The notes under the pieces are model-generated. The model did not search any database. It saw only the letters and a list, made by a program, of their open reading frames with translations, and had not been told where the DNA came from. A DNA stretch of 64,000 bases from Candidatus Zambryskiibacteriota bacterium (GTDB lineage: Bacteria > Patescibacteriota > Minisyncoccia > Phycocordibacterales > DATDWN01), in contig JAHFOB010000002.1 in NCBI GenBank assembly GCA_023267045.1, positions 2,032-66,031 on the forward strand. Reading direction: 5' to 3'. The position numbers were made by a program, and so were the translations under genes. Below, piece after piece: positions 17,541 to 28,390 of the stretch. How positions within the stretch are numbered: position 1 is the first letter of the stretch; each line of letters begins with the position of its first letter.

Positions 17541-20528
17541 ATGAAAAAAATATTTTCTTATTTGACTGTCCTATCAATGGTTATTTCCACTATAGGGGCT
17601 TTTCCGCTAACAGCAAGTGCACATCAGAATAAATTTGACTGGACACCACACTCCGTTTTTCATAATGGTCACGAACACGGAGATCAAGGTGATGATGAAA
17701 AAGGTGATAAAGATGATAATGAAGATCATGATGACCATGAGTCCAAAGGTTCAATCACAGTTTGTAAAATAATAATCAAACCAGATGGTACGACAGTAAC
17801 TGACGGAAGTGAATTATCGTCACCAACAAGTGTTACTGTCCCTGGGGGAACAGTCCCAAACAACTCTCACGGTTATGCTCTCTCTGTAACTACTTTCACT
17901 ACTCCTCTCTCAATGACAGACGGCTTTCTTGATTCCAGTGGGGAGGAAAATGACGCTCAATGTGTCACATATAGCGATTTGAAAATCGGAAGCTACTATT
18001 ACGGACAGGAAACAGCAACTGATCCTTCTCTATGGGATTCTACTATGTACAATGATCAGTTTTCTAACACAGTAAATGATGTTACTGATTTCTATTCATA
18101 TAATACTGACGGTACTCAAAACGGTTACAATTCCGACGGTGTTATTACACTTACAAAAAATAAACCAAATAGAACTCTTATTGTTCTAAACAAACTAAAA
18201 ACCCCACCCACCTCAACTATTGTTGCTACGAAAATCGTCTGTGATAATGAGTCCGACTTGCCAAACTGGGGTTCCGGCGGTCCTGATATAACAGATACAA
18301 CTGCTAGCACTTTCATATCTACCCACCCAAATTGTCATTTAGCATCTGATTGGCAATTCCAGTGGGTTAAGGATTCTGACTCAAATACAAACCCCGGAGA
18401 TAATGTACTGACTCCAGCTAGTTCTCCTTGGACAACAATGCCATCTACAAACGGTTCTGGACAAACTTCAGTCACGGTTCCAGCAGGTTCCAAAATATGG
18501 GTTCGTGAAGTTTTGAAAGACGGTTATGTTCCATTTACTTTCAACACAAATAATCAGACTAACGTAGATAACGTTTCCGCTGAAATTTACTGTAACACCG
18601 ACGTTTTGAATTATGATAACTGGGATTGGATTGATCCAGTCATAGCGGGACAGACTTACCAATGCGTTGCTTTCAACGCTCTAAAACAGGCTCCTCCGAC
18701 TCTAGATATACAAAGCTGTGGTGTTGTACAGTCACCATATCCACCTTCTGGTGAAATGTTATCTCCTACGACATACGACTATTCGGGCCCAAACGACCCA
18801 GGTGATTCTACATCAGGAAATCAAGTTGATCACAAATGGGTTCATGTACACCAAACTCCTGTAGTTTGGGATATGATAACTCCTACAGACACAGCTTATC
18901 TAGTTCCAAGTATTGATCACGATCCTTTCCCAGCCGAATCTCACGAAGCAACACTTTTCGGATCTGACAGTCCAACTGGTCCTTGGGTAGCCGGAATAGA
19001 AACAACAACTTTCCCTCTCGGTCCTACAAGTTGGATTTCTGATAACGACACAACTTCATGGAAATTTGGACAAGCATACAGATATATTTCTGCTACAGCC
19101 GGAGGAACATTGCAAAACGATGGTGATGCAGAGATTGACGCCGTTTGCAGTCCAGAAGTCATTCCTCCACCTATTTGTGACCCAGGGCAAGAGTTAATCC
19201 AGAATGGCTCGTTTGAAACACCAGCAGTTCCTTTGGCAAGTTGGGATATCTTTCCTTCAGGTGCGATTTCGCTTGATTGGGTTGTGTCATGGTTTGGTGG
19301 ATCAACAACCTTTGGTTCTGGAACAAGACCGACTGTTGCAAACCTTGAAATCCAGACTAATGGGCTAAATAGTTCAATTGCTTCAAATGGCACACAGTTT
19401 GCCGAACTTGATACTGATTGGGATGGACCTTCAGGATCACTAAACGGTGAACCAGCTTCTGTGGCAATATCTCAAAATATTACTACTGTTCCTGGAACAG
19501 ATTATAAATTGACTTATGATTTTTCACCTAGACCAAATACTGGTTCTTCAGAAAATAAACTGGAGGTTATTTGGGGTGGAGTACTTGGTGATACGGTTGG
19601 GCCTATAGTCGGAGGGGTTAGTACGATATGGTCATCACATACTCTAAACTTTACTGCAACAAGTACAAACACATTTATTACATTCCGTGATGCTGGGACG
19701 CCAGAGGATTCGCTCGGTACTTTGCTTGATAATGTAAGTCTACGATGTGTACCACCAGAAAATATTCCGGAATGTGATGAAGGTGAGCATCTAAATATAG
19801 ACAACGAATGCATAAGTGATGATGTTCCACCACCTACAGATGTTTGTCCAAATATAGACGGTAACCAGTCAACAGTTCCTGAAGGTAAACATCTAAATAA
19901 TGATGGCCAGTGTGTTCCTAACGGAGATGATAACGATGATGAGGATGAAAATACACCAACTGATGTTTGTCCAAATATAGACGGTAACCAGTCAGAAGTT
20001 CCAAGTGGAAAACATAAAAACGACGACGGTCAGTGCGTAGATAACACAACAACAGAATCTACAAATGACGAAAATAATGGCGGTGGCGGTGGAGGAGGTG
20101 GTGGCGGTAATGGTCCGGGTGGAAACAATGGCCCTATAAACTTCGGATTTGTTAATGGTGGAAATGGCGGTGGAGGCGGTAATGGTGCGCCACAGGGACA
20201 AGTTCTTGGTGCATCTTGCACACCTTATCTTGATTCATACATTGGTTTTGGAAAGAAAAATAATCCAGATCAGGTTAGGAAACTTCAAGAGTTCCTTAAT
20301 GAATATCTAGGTCTTCATATACCAGTTACAGGGTTCTTCGGGCCACTTACATATAACGCCGTAAAACAATTCCAGATACAAGAAAACATAGATATTATTG
20401 GTCCATGGTCAAAACTTGGGTTGCTCAAGGACAAAGAAGCAACCGGATATGTTTACAAGACAACAAAGAGAAAAATAAATCTGATAAAATGTTCTGAACT
20501 AGACATACCAATACCACAGTTACCTTAA
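17541..20528 (+). CDS. large secreted/surface protein with carbohydrate-binding-like and C-terminal peptidoglycan-binding domains
   Basis: Signal peptide, NGSFE..AELD..LDNV domain, DVCPNIDGNQ repeats, Gly linker, VRKLQEFLN..TGFFGPLT..AVKQFQ. Confidence 0.8.
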   Translation: MKKIFSYLTVLSMVISTIGAFPLTASAHQNKFDWTPHSVFHNGHEHGDQGDDEKGDKDDNEDHDDHESKGSITVCKIIIKPDGTTVTDGSELSSPTSVTVPGGTVPNNSHGYALSVTTFTTPLSMTDGFLDSSGEENDAQCVTYSDLKIGSYYYGQETATDPSLWDSTMYNDQFSNTVNDVTDFYSYNTDGTQNGYNSDGVITLTKNKPNRTLIVLNKLKTPPTSTIVATKIVCDNESDLPNWGSGGPDITDTTASTFISTHPNCHLASDWQFQWVKDSDSNTNPGDNVLTPASSPWTTMPSTNGSGQTSVTVPAGSKIWVREVLKDGYVPFTFNTNNQTNVDNVSAEIYCNTDVLNYDNWDWIDPVIAGQTYQCVAFNALKQAPPTLDIQSCGVVQSPYPPSGEMLSPTTYDYSGPNDPGDSTSGNQVDHKWVHVHQTPVVWDMITPTDTAYLVPSIDHDPFPAESHEATLFGSDSPTGPWVAGIETTTFPLGPTSWISDNDTTSWKFGQAYRYISATAGGTLQNDGDAEIDAVCSPEVIPPPICDPGQELIQNGSFETPAVPLASWDIFPSGAISLDWVVSWFGGSTTFGSGTRPTVANLEIQTNGLNSSIASNGTQFAELDTDWDGPSGSLNGEPASVAISQNITTVPGTDYKLTYDFSPRPNTGSSENKLEVIWGGVLGDTVGPIVGGVSTIWSSHTLNFTATSTNTFITFRDAGTPEDSLGTLLDNVSLRCVPPENIPECDEGEHLNIDNECISDDVPPPTDVCPNIDGNQSTVPEGKHLNNDGQCVPNGDDNDDEDENTPTDVCPNIDGNQSEVPSGKHKNDDGQCVDNTTTESTNDENNGGGGGGGGGGNGPGGNNGPINFGFVNGGNGGGGGNGAPQGQVLGASCTPYLDSYIGFGKKNNPDQVRKLQEFLNEYLGLHIPVTGFFGPLTYNAVKQFQIQENIDIIGPWSKLGLLKDKEATGYVYKTTKRKINLIKCSELDIPIPQLP

Positions 20529-20602
20529 CGCTAAGATAAATTGTAAAAACACAGCTCCGAAAGGGGCTTTGTTTTTTACTATTTTTGTGATTTAATATTG
20601 TA

Positions 20603-21607
20603 ATGAAATGGTTTAAAAAGTACTTTGTCCCACATGACAATAATGACTTTAAACCTCATCTTTTCAGAGAAGCTGGAGCTACAGCTTTGTTCTCTGTAAT
20701 TTTCCTGCTTTTTCTTTTATCAGTTTCAGGAAAGCTTATCTTGATTAGAACGGATTTAACAGCTCTAGTTTTGCCAAAAGTTTTGGTTGATTATGCAAAC
20801 GAAGATCGAGCAACTCAAAACTTTGGACATTTAGCTATTAGTCCTGTGTTAGAGAAGGCTGCTCAATTGAAAGCTAATGACATGGCGATTAAAGGTTATT
20901 TTGCTCATAAAAGTCCGGACGGGCATTCTCCTTGGTATTGGTTTGGGCAAGTTGGATATGACTTTAGTTACGCTGGTGAAAATCTGGCTGTGAACTTTAC
21001 AGACTCTGTCGATGTTAATACTGCCTGGATGAATTCTCCAGGACACAAGGCTAACATAATGAATGGTAATTTTACGGAGATAGGAATTGCCACTGCTGAG
21101 GGTTTTTATCAGGGTAGGAGAACAGTTTTTGTTGTACAGCTTTTTGGTAGGCCATCAGAGGAGGAACCGATAACCGTTACAAAAAAATCGACGACTTCAA
21201 CATTAACAAAAACAGGCACCCAAACACCTTCAACTACGGTTAAATCAGCAACTACAGTATCAGAGACTGTTCTTTCTGAATCAGTCTCGACTGAAGTTTT
21301 GGCACAAAACGGCACGAATGAACTTTACGTTTCTGTACAGAAAAAAAGCAAAGCCACAACATCTACAGAAACTTCGAAATATTCAAATTATTTCTATAAA
21401 TTAGTTGTTTCACCAAACAAAGTTCTAAGATTTGTTTATATGATTCTTGCTTCTATGATTTCACTGACCCTTCTGATGATGATTTTCATAGAATCCAAGC
21501 GTAGACATCCACGCCATATACTGATGGCAATTGGATTTATAGTTATTATTTTAGGTTTACTTTATATTTATCAATCTCTCATTTTTGCTCCATTACTTAT
21601 TGTTTAA
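20603..21607 (+). CDS. CAP (SCP) domain membrane protein
   Basis: AAQLKANDM..YFAH, AGENLA, AWMNSPGHKANI. Confidence 0.9.
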   Translation: MKWFKKYFVPHDNNDFKPHLFREAGATALFSVIFLLFLLSVSGKLILIRTDLTALVLPKVLVDYANEDRATQNFGHLAISPVLEKAAQLKANDMAIKGYFAHKSPDGHSPWYWFGQVGYDFSYAGENLAVNFTDSVDVNTAWMNSPGHKANIMNGNFTEIGIATAEGFYQGRRTVFVVQLFGRPSEEEPITVTKKSTTSTLTKTGTQTPSTTVKSATTVSETVLSESVSTEVLAQNGTNELYVSVQKKSKATTSTETSKYSNYFYKLVVSPNKVLRFVYMILASMISLTLLMMIFIESKRRHPRHILMAIGFIVIILGLLYIYQSLIFAPLLIV

Positions 21608-21634
21608 TTTTTGATAAAGTAGGATAATACTTTT

Positions 21635-22192
21635 ATGAATGAACAAAAACTTGAAATCGCCGTGTTTGGGGGAGGATGTTTTTGGTGTACAGAGGCGGTT
21701 TTCAAAATGCTTAGGGGTGTAGCTACTGTTTTGCCTGGCTATGCTGGTGGTAGTATGGAAAATCCTAGTTATGAAAAAGTTAGTGGTGGCAATACTGGTC
21801 ATGCAGAGTGCGTCAAACTAGAATTTGATCCAAGAGAAATTTCATATAAGGATTTACTTACAGTTTTTTTTGGTTCCCATGATCCCACGACATTAAACAG
21901 ACAAGGTAACGATATTGGTACTCAATATCGCTCGGCTATTTTTTATACTACAGAAGATCAAAAAACTACAGCTCTGGATTTCATAAAAGACCTAAATCAA
22001 TCTAACGAAGATGGCAAGACAATAGTTACAGAAGTTGTGCCACTTGACAAGTTTTTTGTTGCAGAGAATTATCACAAAGATTATTATGAGAGAAATAAAG
22101 ATGCCGCATATTGTGAAATAATTATAAATCCAAAATTGGAAAAAGTTCAGAAAAAGTTTGCTAATTTATTAAAAGATCACCCAAAAAACTAA
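21635..22192 (+). CDS. msrA: peptide-methionine (S)-S-oxide reductase
   Basis: GGGCFWCTE, HDPT, QGND.GTQYRS, AENYH. Confidence 0.97.
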   Translation: MNEQKLEIAVFGGGCFWCTEAVFKMLRGVATVLPGYAGGSMENPSYEKVSGGNTGHAECVKLEFDPREISYKDLLTVFFGSHDPTTLNRQGNDIGTQYRSAIFYTTEDQKTTALDFIKDLNQSNEDGKTIVTEVVPLDKFFVAENYHKDYYERNKDAAYCEIIINPKLEKVQKKFANLLKDHPKN

Positions 22193-22197
22193 AAAAT

Positions 22198-22596
22198 ATG
22201 GAAAAAATGGACATAAATGAAGAAGAATTGAAGAAAAAATTAACTCCCGAGGAGTATGCAGTTTTGAGAGGAAAGGGGACAGAAGCACCTTTTTCTGGAA
22301 AACTTTTACATGACAAACGTAACGGCATGTATACCTGCAAAGTTTGCGGGAACGAACTTTTTTCTTCGGATGCTAAGTTTGATTCTGGCACTGGATGGCC
22401 AAGCTTCGATAAAGCCATATCTGGAAGCATCGTAGAGACTCCAGACAACGATATGGGTATGCATAGGACAGAGATAACATGTGCTCGTTGTGGGTCGCAC
22501 CTAGGTCATGTTTTCAATGATGGACCTACTGATACTGGAATGCGATATTGTCTAAATTCAGTCTGTTTGGACCTCGAAGAAAAACCTAAAAATTAA
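22198..22596 (+). CDS. msrB: peptide-methionine (R)-S-oxide reductase
   Basis: KFDSGTGWPSF, HLGHVF.DGP, RYCLNS. Confidence 0.97.
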   Translation: MEKMDINEEELKKKLTPEEYAVLRGKGTEAPFSGKLLHDKRNGMYTCKVCGNELFSSDAKFDSGTGWPSFDKAISGSIVETPDNDMGMHRTEITCARCGSHLGHVFNDGPTDTGMRYCLNSVCLDLEEKPKN

Positions 22597-22597
22597 C

Positions 22598-23626
22598 ATG
22601 GATAAAGATTTACTTCAAAAATATTTCTTCGTTGGACTTCTACTTATAGTTTCAGTATTGGTTGGTTTCATTTTTCTTCCTTTTCTGAGTATTTTAGTCT
22701 TATCTTCAATTTTTGGTGTGATTTTAACCCCTCTTCATATAAAAATATCAAAATTTTTTGGTGGCAGAAAAGGTATATCGGCTTTTATTGTAGTTTTGCT
22801 TTTTTGTATAGTTGTTATAATTCCAATGTTTTTCATTTTTATGCAGGTTTTGGGTGAATCAAAAGATCTTTACAGTCAATTGGCAAATCACGATAGTATT
22901 GGATATATACAAAAAATAACTCTAGCCATAGAAAAACCGATACAAAAAATTTATCCGACATTTTCTATAGACCTGAACCAATTCGCCAGTTTTGGGGCAA
23001 ATTGGATTGCTCTGCACTTGAGTTCTATATTATCTAGTGCACTTTCAGTTCTTACCAGCATTGTTTTTATATTTATCTCACTATTCTTTTTCCTTAAAGA
23101 TGGTAGCAAGTTTAAAAAAATGCTAGTTAGCCTTTCGCCACTTCAAGATAAATACGACGAACAAATTTTTGATAAGCTTAAGCAAACAATTACATCCACA
23201 GTACGCGGGGTTTTGCTCGTAGCTATTATTCAAGGAGTTTTGGCTGGTCTAGGGCTTAAAATATTTCACGTTCCACAAGCAATACTGTGGGGGTGTATTG
23301 CTGCCGTAGCATCTGTTATACCTTTCGGCACACTTTCCGTTTATCTACTTTCTATCGCATATATGTATATAACGGGCAATATTCCGTACACTATAGGACT
23401 TGTTTTGTGGACAACTGTTGTTATAGGTCTTGTTGATAATTTTCTTGGTCCATATCTATATTCCAGGGGAGTTGAAATCCATCAACTTGTAATGCTTTTT
23501 GCTATTCTTGGTGGGCTTATAGTTTTTGGCCCGGTAGGATTTATTTTTGGCCCTATTGTTCTGTCTTTGTTTTTTACACTTATAAACATCTATCAGGGTG
23601 TCATTTTGAAAAAAACTTTGTTATAA
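22598..23626 (+). CDS. AI-2E family transporter
   Basis: FFFLKDG, VAIIQG, DNFLGP, GGLIVFGPVGFIFGP. Confidence 0.9.
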   Translation: MDKDLLQKYFFVGLLLIVSVLVGFIFLPFLSILVLSSIFGVILTPLHIKISKFFGGRKGISAFIVVLLFCIVVIIPMFFIFMQVLGESKDLYSQLANHDSIGYIQKITLAIEKPIQKIYPTFSIDLNQFASFGANWIALHLSSILSSALSVLTSIVFIFISLFFFLKDGSKFKKMLVSLSPLQDKYDEQIFDKLKQTITSTVRGVLLVAIIQGVLAGLGLKIFHVPQAILWGCIAAVASVIPFGTLSVYLLSIAYMYITGNIPYTIGLVLWTTVVIGLVDNFLGPYLYSRGVEIHQLVMLFAILGGLIVFGPVGFIFGPIVLSLFFTLINIYQGVILKKTLL

Positions 23627-23633
23627 TGAGACC

Positions 23634-23743
23634 ATGAATCCCGTTAGAGATTTCAGTTTATTGAAAATTCTTCGGGTAAAATAACATTATTAAATAATTT
23701 GTATATTCAGTAGTTAAAAGCTACTGGTATCTCTAACGGGATG
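23634..23743 (+). repeat. start-codon hairpin element copy 2
   Basis: ATGAATCCCGTTAGAGAT...ATCTCTAACGGG-ATG. Confidence 0.92.
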
Positions 23744-24244
23744 AAAACTCCAAAAATATTTGAATCAATTTATCAATTCTTGTTTTCTAATGTAAAGTTT
23801 TCTGTTTTCTGGTTAGTTGTTAGAATTTATTTAGGATGGGAGTGGTTACATGCGGGGTATGAAAAAGTTATAAATCCTATGTGGGTTGGTAAAACTGCGG
23901 GGGGAGCATTAACAGGTTTTATAAATGGCGCTTTAGCAAAAACCGCAGGAGCTCATCCTGATGTGTCTATGTGGTACGCTTGGTTTTTGAAGCACGCAGT
24001 TTTAACATACGTCGTTACTTGGTCAAATTTGGTAGCGTATGGTGAACTTCTTGTTGGTATTGGACTTATTTTGGGTGCTCTAACTTTCCTATCTGCATTT
24101 TTCGGATTCTTTATGAATTTGAATTATCTTTTAGCTGGTACTGTTAGTACGAACCCAGTCCTCTTAATTTTAGCCATTCTTATAATGCTTGCTCACAAAA
24201 CAGCAGGGTATATTGGACTTGATCGCTGGCTTGTTAAGAGTTAG
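23741..24244 (+). CDS. DoxX family membrane protein
   Basis: RIYLGWEWLHAGYEK, GELLVGIGLILG, AG.IGLD. Confidence 0.9.
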   Translation: MKTPKIFESIYQFLFSNVKFSVFWLVVRIYLGWEWLHAGYEKVINPMWVGKTAGGALTGFINGALAKTAGAHPDVSMWYAWFLKHAVLTYVVTWSNLVAYGELLVGIGLILGALTFLSAFFGFFMNLNYLLAGTVSTNPVLLILAILIMLAHKTAGYIGLDRWLVKS

Positions 24245-24646
24245 TTATTTGTTTGTTGTAGTAGTTGCTTGGCGTATTTGAATCATCGAAGCGGTTAAAC
24301 TTCCGTCGGAGTTTGCTGTACCTGTTCCACTTATTTCTTTTCCGATTTCCAAATCAGTCAGTGTCCCATTTACTGACTTCATTACTGAAGTTGAACTCGA
24401 AAGTATTACTATTTTTGAGCTACCGTCACGCATTTTTATCGTTATACCATTTGGGTCTTTTGAAATTATTTCTCCACTGATTGCTCCGCCTCCTGTAAGG
24501 CCTCTTCCACCACCTTGACCTGGTGTAAAGTTTCCGTTTCTAAAATTTGCAATTATTGCGACTCTTTTACTTTCAGAATATTTCATACCACCATAAAATG
24601 CTATAACTACCAAGACTAATCCCCCTATTATTATTTTCGTATTCAT
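24245..24646 (-). CDS. membrane-anchored accessory protein of ABC exporter operon
   Basis: TM then GEIISKD..ITIK..DGSSKIV..DGSLTA. Confidence 0.75.
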   Translation of the reverse strand: MNTKIIIGGLVLVVIAFYGGMKYSESKRVAIIANFRNGNFTPGQGGGRGLTGGGAISGEIISKDPNGITIKMRDGSSKIVILSSSTSVMKSVNGTLTDLEIGKEISGTGTANSDGSLTASMIQIRQATTTTNK

Positions 24647-24669
24647 TTTATTTTTTATTAGTTAATTTT

Positions 24670-25899
24670 TTATTCGTATCTTAACGCATCAATCGGATTA
24701 AGCCCCGCCGCTCTCCTTGCTGGGTAATATCCGAAGATAACTCCTATAAAAGCTGAAACACCAAAAGCTAAAATAACCGATCCCCATGAAACACTGGTTG
24801 TGATAAGTCCGGACCAATTAACCAAAAAAGCTATAAGCCAGCCAAGAATTATCCCACCAGCTCCGCCAACTAAAGTTAAAATTATTGCTTCAATCAAAAA
24901 TTGTTTACTAATGTCAGATTTTTTTGCGCCGATAGCTTTACGTAGACCAATTTCACGGGTTCTTTCAGTTACCGTTGTTAGCATCATGTTCATAATTCCT
25001 ATTCCACCAACGATTAAAGAAATTCCAGCTACGGCCGCAAGTAGATAAGTCAAAGTGTTTGTGATAGATGATGCACTTGAAATAATATCGTTTTGGTTTA
25101 ATACGCTGAAGTCGGCTTGCGTTGAATCAGAGATTTTGTGTCTTGCCAATAAAATATCTGTGATATCTGTTTGAAGTTGTGTCATGACATTTGAATTTGT
25201 GGCCTCTATATCAATAGATGTTAAGTATTGATTACCTGACAAGAAACGTTGGGCGCTTTTTGTTGGCACGTAAATCATGTCGTCTTGGTTGTTAAACCCT
25301 GAACCACCTTTCGAAACTGTAACTCCAATAACTTTAAATTCCATACCCTTTATTCTAATTATTTGTCCTACTGCATCTGCAGGGAGAGCCGTATCGCCAA
25401 AAAGGTCCGTTACAACAGTTGGGCCAATGACAGCAACTTTAGAACTGGATTCATTTTGCGAGTCACTTATAAATGACCCTTGGTCGATTGTGACATTCCT
25501 AATTTCTGGATATGAAGAAGTCACACCGTCGACCGTGGTGTTTGTATTTGTGCCTTTTGCCGTGACCTGATAACGTCCTGAAACTTCTTCAGCCACGGCA
25601 TTTACATTTTGAAGAGTTCTTATGGCATCTGCATCACTCAAAGTCAAAGTTTTAGCTCCACCACGACCCAAACTCACCCCAAAACCCTGACCCCTTTGAG
25701 CTCCTGGAGTAACCATTATAAGGTTTGAGCCAAGAGCTTGAATGTTGGAAGAAATCGAGTTTGATGCTCCAGCGCCAATTGAGACCATGGCAATAACAGA
25801 TGATATTCCAATAACAATACCTAAAACCGTTAATCCCGATCGGACTTTATTTGCCGATAGGGCAGTATATGTTTCTTGTAATACATCAATTATTTTCAT
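24670..25899 (-). CDS. MacB/FtsX-type ABC transporter permease
   Basis: RSGLTVLGIVIG, GGIGIMNMM..VTERTREIGLRKAIGA, PIDALRYE. Confidence 0.95.
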   Translation of the reverse strand: MKIIDVLQETYTALSANKVRSGLTVLGIVIGISSVIAMVSIGAGASNSISSNIQALGSNLIMVTPGAQRGQGFGVSLGRGGAKTLTLSDADAIRTLQNVNAVAEEVSGRYQVTAKGTNTNTTVDGVTSSYPEIRNVTIDQGSFISDSQNESSSKVAVIGPTVVTDLFGDTALPADAVGQIIRIKGMEFKVIGVTVSKGGSGFNNQDDMIYVPTKSAQRFLSGNQYLTSIDIEATNSNVMTQLQTDITDILLARHKISDSTQADFSVLNQNDIISSASSITNTLTYLLAAVAGISLIVGGIGIMNMMLTTVTERTREIGLRKAIGAKKSDISKQFLIEAIILTLVGGAGGIILGWLIAFLVNWSGLITTSVSWGSVILAFGVSAFIGVIFGYYPARRAAGLNPIDALRYE

Positions 25900-26588
25900 T
25901 TTGTTTTACTCGTTGATCGATCACTCACTATGACCCCATCTTTTATAGTTATTACTCTTCTGGCATGTTCAGCAACTCCTAGTTCGTGAGTAATTAAAAT
26001 TATTGTTCGACCTTTTTCTTTATTAAGCTTTTCAAATGTTTCTAAAACTATTTCACCAGTTTTTGTGTCCAAATTTCCGGTCGGTTCGTCAGCTAAAATT
26101 AAAGTCGGCTCATTTACTAGTGCTCTAGCAATAGCCACACGCTGTATTTGTCCGCCAGAAATTTCATTCGAATGATGGTTATAATGAGTCTCACTAAGGC
26201 CTGCGGAAGTTAAAGCTTCTTTTGCCCTTCTTTCTCTCTCGTCCCCCTCTACTCCAGCGTAGACAAGGGGAAGCATGACATTTCTCAGGACAGTGGTTCG
26301 TGGAAGCAAGTTGAATGATTGAAAAACGAAACCGATTTTATCTTTACGTATGTCGGCCAGTTCCTCATCAGAAAATTTTGAGACATCTTTTCCATCAAGA
26401 AAATATGTTCCAGATGTTGGTGTATCTAAACAGCCAAGGATGTGCATTAAAGTTGATTTGCCGGAGCCAGAAGGCCCCATGATGGCCACAAACTCGCCAT
26501 CTCTAATTGTAAATGAAACTCCTTTTAACGCCGAGAATGCCGTTTCACCGGAGCCATATGTTTTGTTTATATTTTTTATTTCTATCAT
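25896..26588 (-). CDS. ABC transporter ATP-binding protein (MacB/LolD-like)
   Basis: GPSGSGKST, SGGQ.QRVAIARAL, ADEPTGNLD. Confidence 0.96.
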   Translation of the reverse strand: MIEIKNINKTYGSGETAFSALKGVSFTIRDGEFVAIMGPSGSGKSTLMHILGCLDTPTSGTYFLDGKDVSKFSDEELADIRKDKIGFVFQSFNLLPRTTVLRNVMLPLVYAGVEGDERERRAKEALTSAGLSETHYNHHSNEISGGQIQRVAIARALVNEPTLILADEPTGNLDTKTGEIVLETFEKLNKEKGRTIILITHELGVAEHARRVITIKDGVIVSDRSTSKTK

Positions 26589-26602
26589 GCAGTATTTTAT
26601 TT

Positions 26603-28390
26603 CTAGAATCGTATTACATTAGTACCGCCAACGGTTCTCGTTCCCGTTGTTGTTGTGCGAGTCGTGCCAGTAGTTGCAGTTGTAGCTGTACCAGTAACAG
26701 TTCTTGATACCACCTGTTCTCCTTCTGTTAGGCCAGAAATAATTTCAATGTTGTTATCATCTGATATGCCGACAGTAACTTCTACTTGTTGTGGGGGAAT
26801 TGAAGATACAGTTCCAGATGTTCCGACTGTTTCAGGAAGTGGTGGAGTAAATATCTGAACACGACTTACACCACCTACTGTTTTTACAGAACTATTTGGG
26901 ACTGTCAAAACATCTGTATGAACATCAGTCTGTATCGTCGCGTTTACAGTCATTCCAGGTTTTATTCTCGAGTCTGCGGTGTCAAAAGTTATTTTTGCTA
27001 TATAACTAACAACACCTTGAGAAACTGTCCCGACAGGATCTATTTCCTCAACTGTTCCACTTAAACTCAAACCATCGATGGCATCAAAAGTAAGAGTAGC
27101 TTTCTGACCAGGTTTTATTTTGGCCGCATCAACTTCATTAAGAGACAGTTCAGCTATTTGCTCATTTGTTACAATAGTTGCAATAGTTGCTGCTGTTTGA
27201 CCAACTTTTGCGCTAACAGAAGCTACCGTTCCACCAAATGGTGCTACGACAGTGTAATAACTCAAAGTTCTTTTCAAATCCTCCAAATTTCTTTCTTGTT
27301 TGTTCAAATTACTTTGGGATATTTGGAGACTAATAGGATTATTACCATTATCATTTCCGACTTTTGATAGTTCAATATTTTGCTCATACGTTGTAATACT
27401 TTGTTTCGTTGTATCAATTGATTTCTTTTGAGATAAAAGTGAACTCAAATCTGAATTAACCGTCGAAAGTCTAGTCCGAGTGTTTGTTTGTAATGTTGTG
27501 ACGACACTAGATAAACTTATACTGTATTGATTTGCAATATCTATAGATGTACTCAAAAAATTCAGTTCGCTTTGTAGGGATTGGGCAGTGGCTGTGGTCA
27601 TGTCTATTGATTGTGCAAGAAGGGATTCCAACTGCTCTGGACTAGAAGTTCTGCTTATTTGTTTATAAATCACTAGAGCTGAGTCGTATTTGTCCCTAGC
27701 TATTTTATAATCACTTGTAGATTTCAAAGCAAAGTCTTGGACTTTTGCCAAAGATTCATCATGAAAAACATTTAATATGGCGTCATAGTTTACCTGAGTT
27801 TTACTTATATTTAGATCGTATCCGTATAGAGTGTTTTGTATTCCAACTATTATGTTTGGTAAATCTAGATATGTATTTGATAGCGTATTGAAAGTATCAT
27901 TGTATACACTAACTAAATCATTTTTTGCATTCTGGAGATTATCCAGATTTTTCTGATAGTCTATTGGTGCTTGAGCTTGGTCTTTTTGGAACTGAAGTTT
28001 TGCTTCAGCAAGTGAAGCTTCGGCATCAACAACAGCAGCCTTTGCATCTCTATTATCTAGTCCTGCCAAAGCTTGTCCGGCGTAAACCTTGTCTCCGGCT
28101 TTTACATTTACCCACGTCACGTCTCCAGAAACTTTCGCTTTGACGTCAAGCTGGTTTGTAGCTGAGACTTGGCCACTACCAGTTACGGTTGAAATTATTG
28201 TTTGTTTTTTTACTATGGCAGTGACATATTGTGTCTGACCGGTTGTTGATGTAGCTTTTTTGTATTCATAATATCCACCACCTACAATAATTATTATCAA
28301 ACCAGTGGTTACTACTTTATGGGCTAGTGCAAACTTTTTGACTTTCAAAAACGTTACATTTTGGGAGAGTTTAGTCAGGTAGTTTTTCAT
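26603..28390 (-). CDS. efflux membrane fusion / adaptor subunit (MacA-like)
   Basis: TVTGSGQV, VKAGDKV, long coiled coil, APFGGTV, KPGMT, SGLTEGE. Confidence 0.9.
   Translation of the reverse strand: MKNYLTKLSQNVTFLKVKKFALAHKVVTTGLIIIIVGGGYYEYKKATSTTGQTQYVTAIVKKQTIISTVTGSGQVSATNQLDVKAKVSGDVTWVNVKAGDKVYAGQALAGLDNRDAKAAVVDAEASLAEAKLQFQKDQAQAPIDYQKNLDNLQNAKNDLVSVYNDTFNTLSNTYLDLPNIIVGIQNTLYGYDLNISKTQVNYDAILNVFHDESLAKVQDFALKSTSDYKIARDKYDSALVIYKQISRTSSPEQLESLLAQSIDMTTATAQSLQSELNFLSTSIDIANQYSISLSSVVTTLQTNTRTRLSTVNSDLSSLLSQKKSIDTTKQSITTYEQNIELSKVGNDNGNNPISLQISQSNLNKQERNLEDLKRTLSYYTVVAPFGGTVASVSAKVGQTAATIATIVTNEQIAELSLNEVDAAKIKPGQKATLTFDAIDGLSLSGTVEEIDPVGTVSQGVVSYIAKITFDTADSRIKPGMTVNATIQTDVHTDVLTVPNSSVKTVGGVSRVQIFTPPLPETVGTSGTVSSIPPQQVEVTVGISDDNNIEIISGLTEGEQVVSRTVTGTATTATTGTTRTTTTGTRTVGGTNVIRF

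Noticed and set aside
18941-20221. Antisense and overlapping ORFs in the track, including a Pro-rich one at 20030-20221
   Set aside because: Shadows of well-supported genes on the other strand or frame
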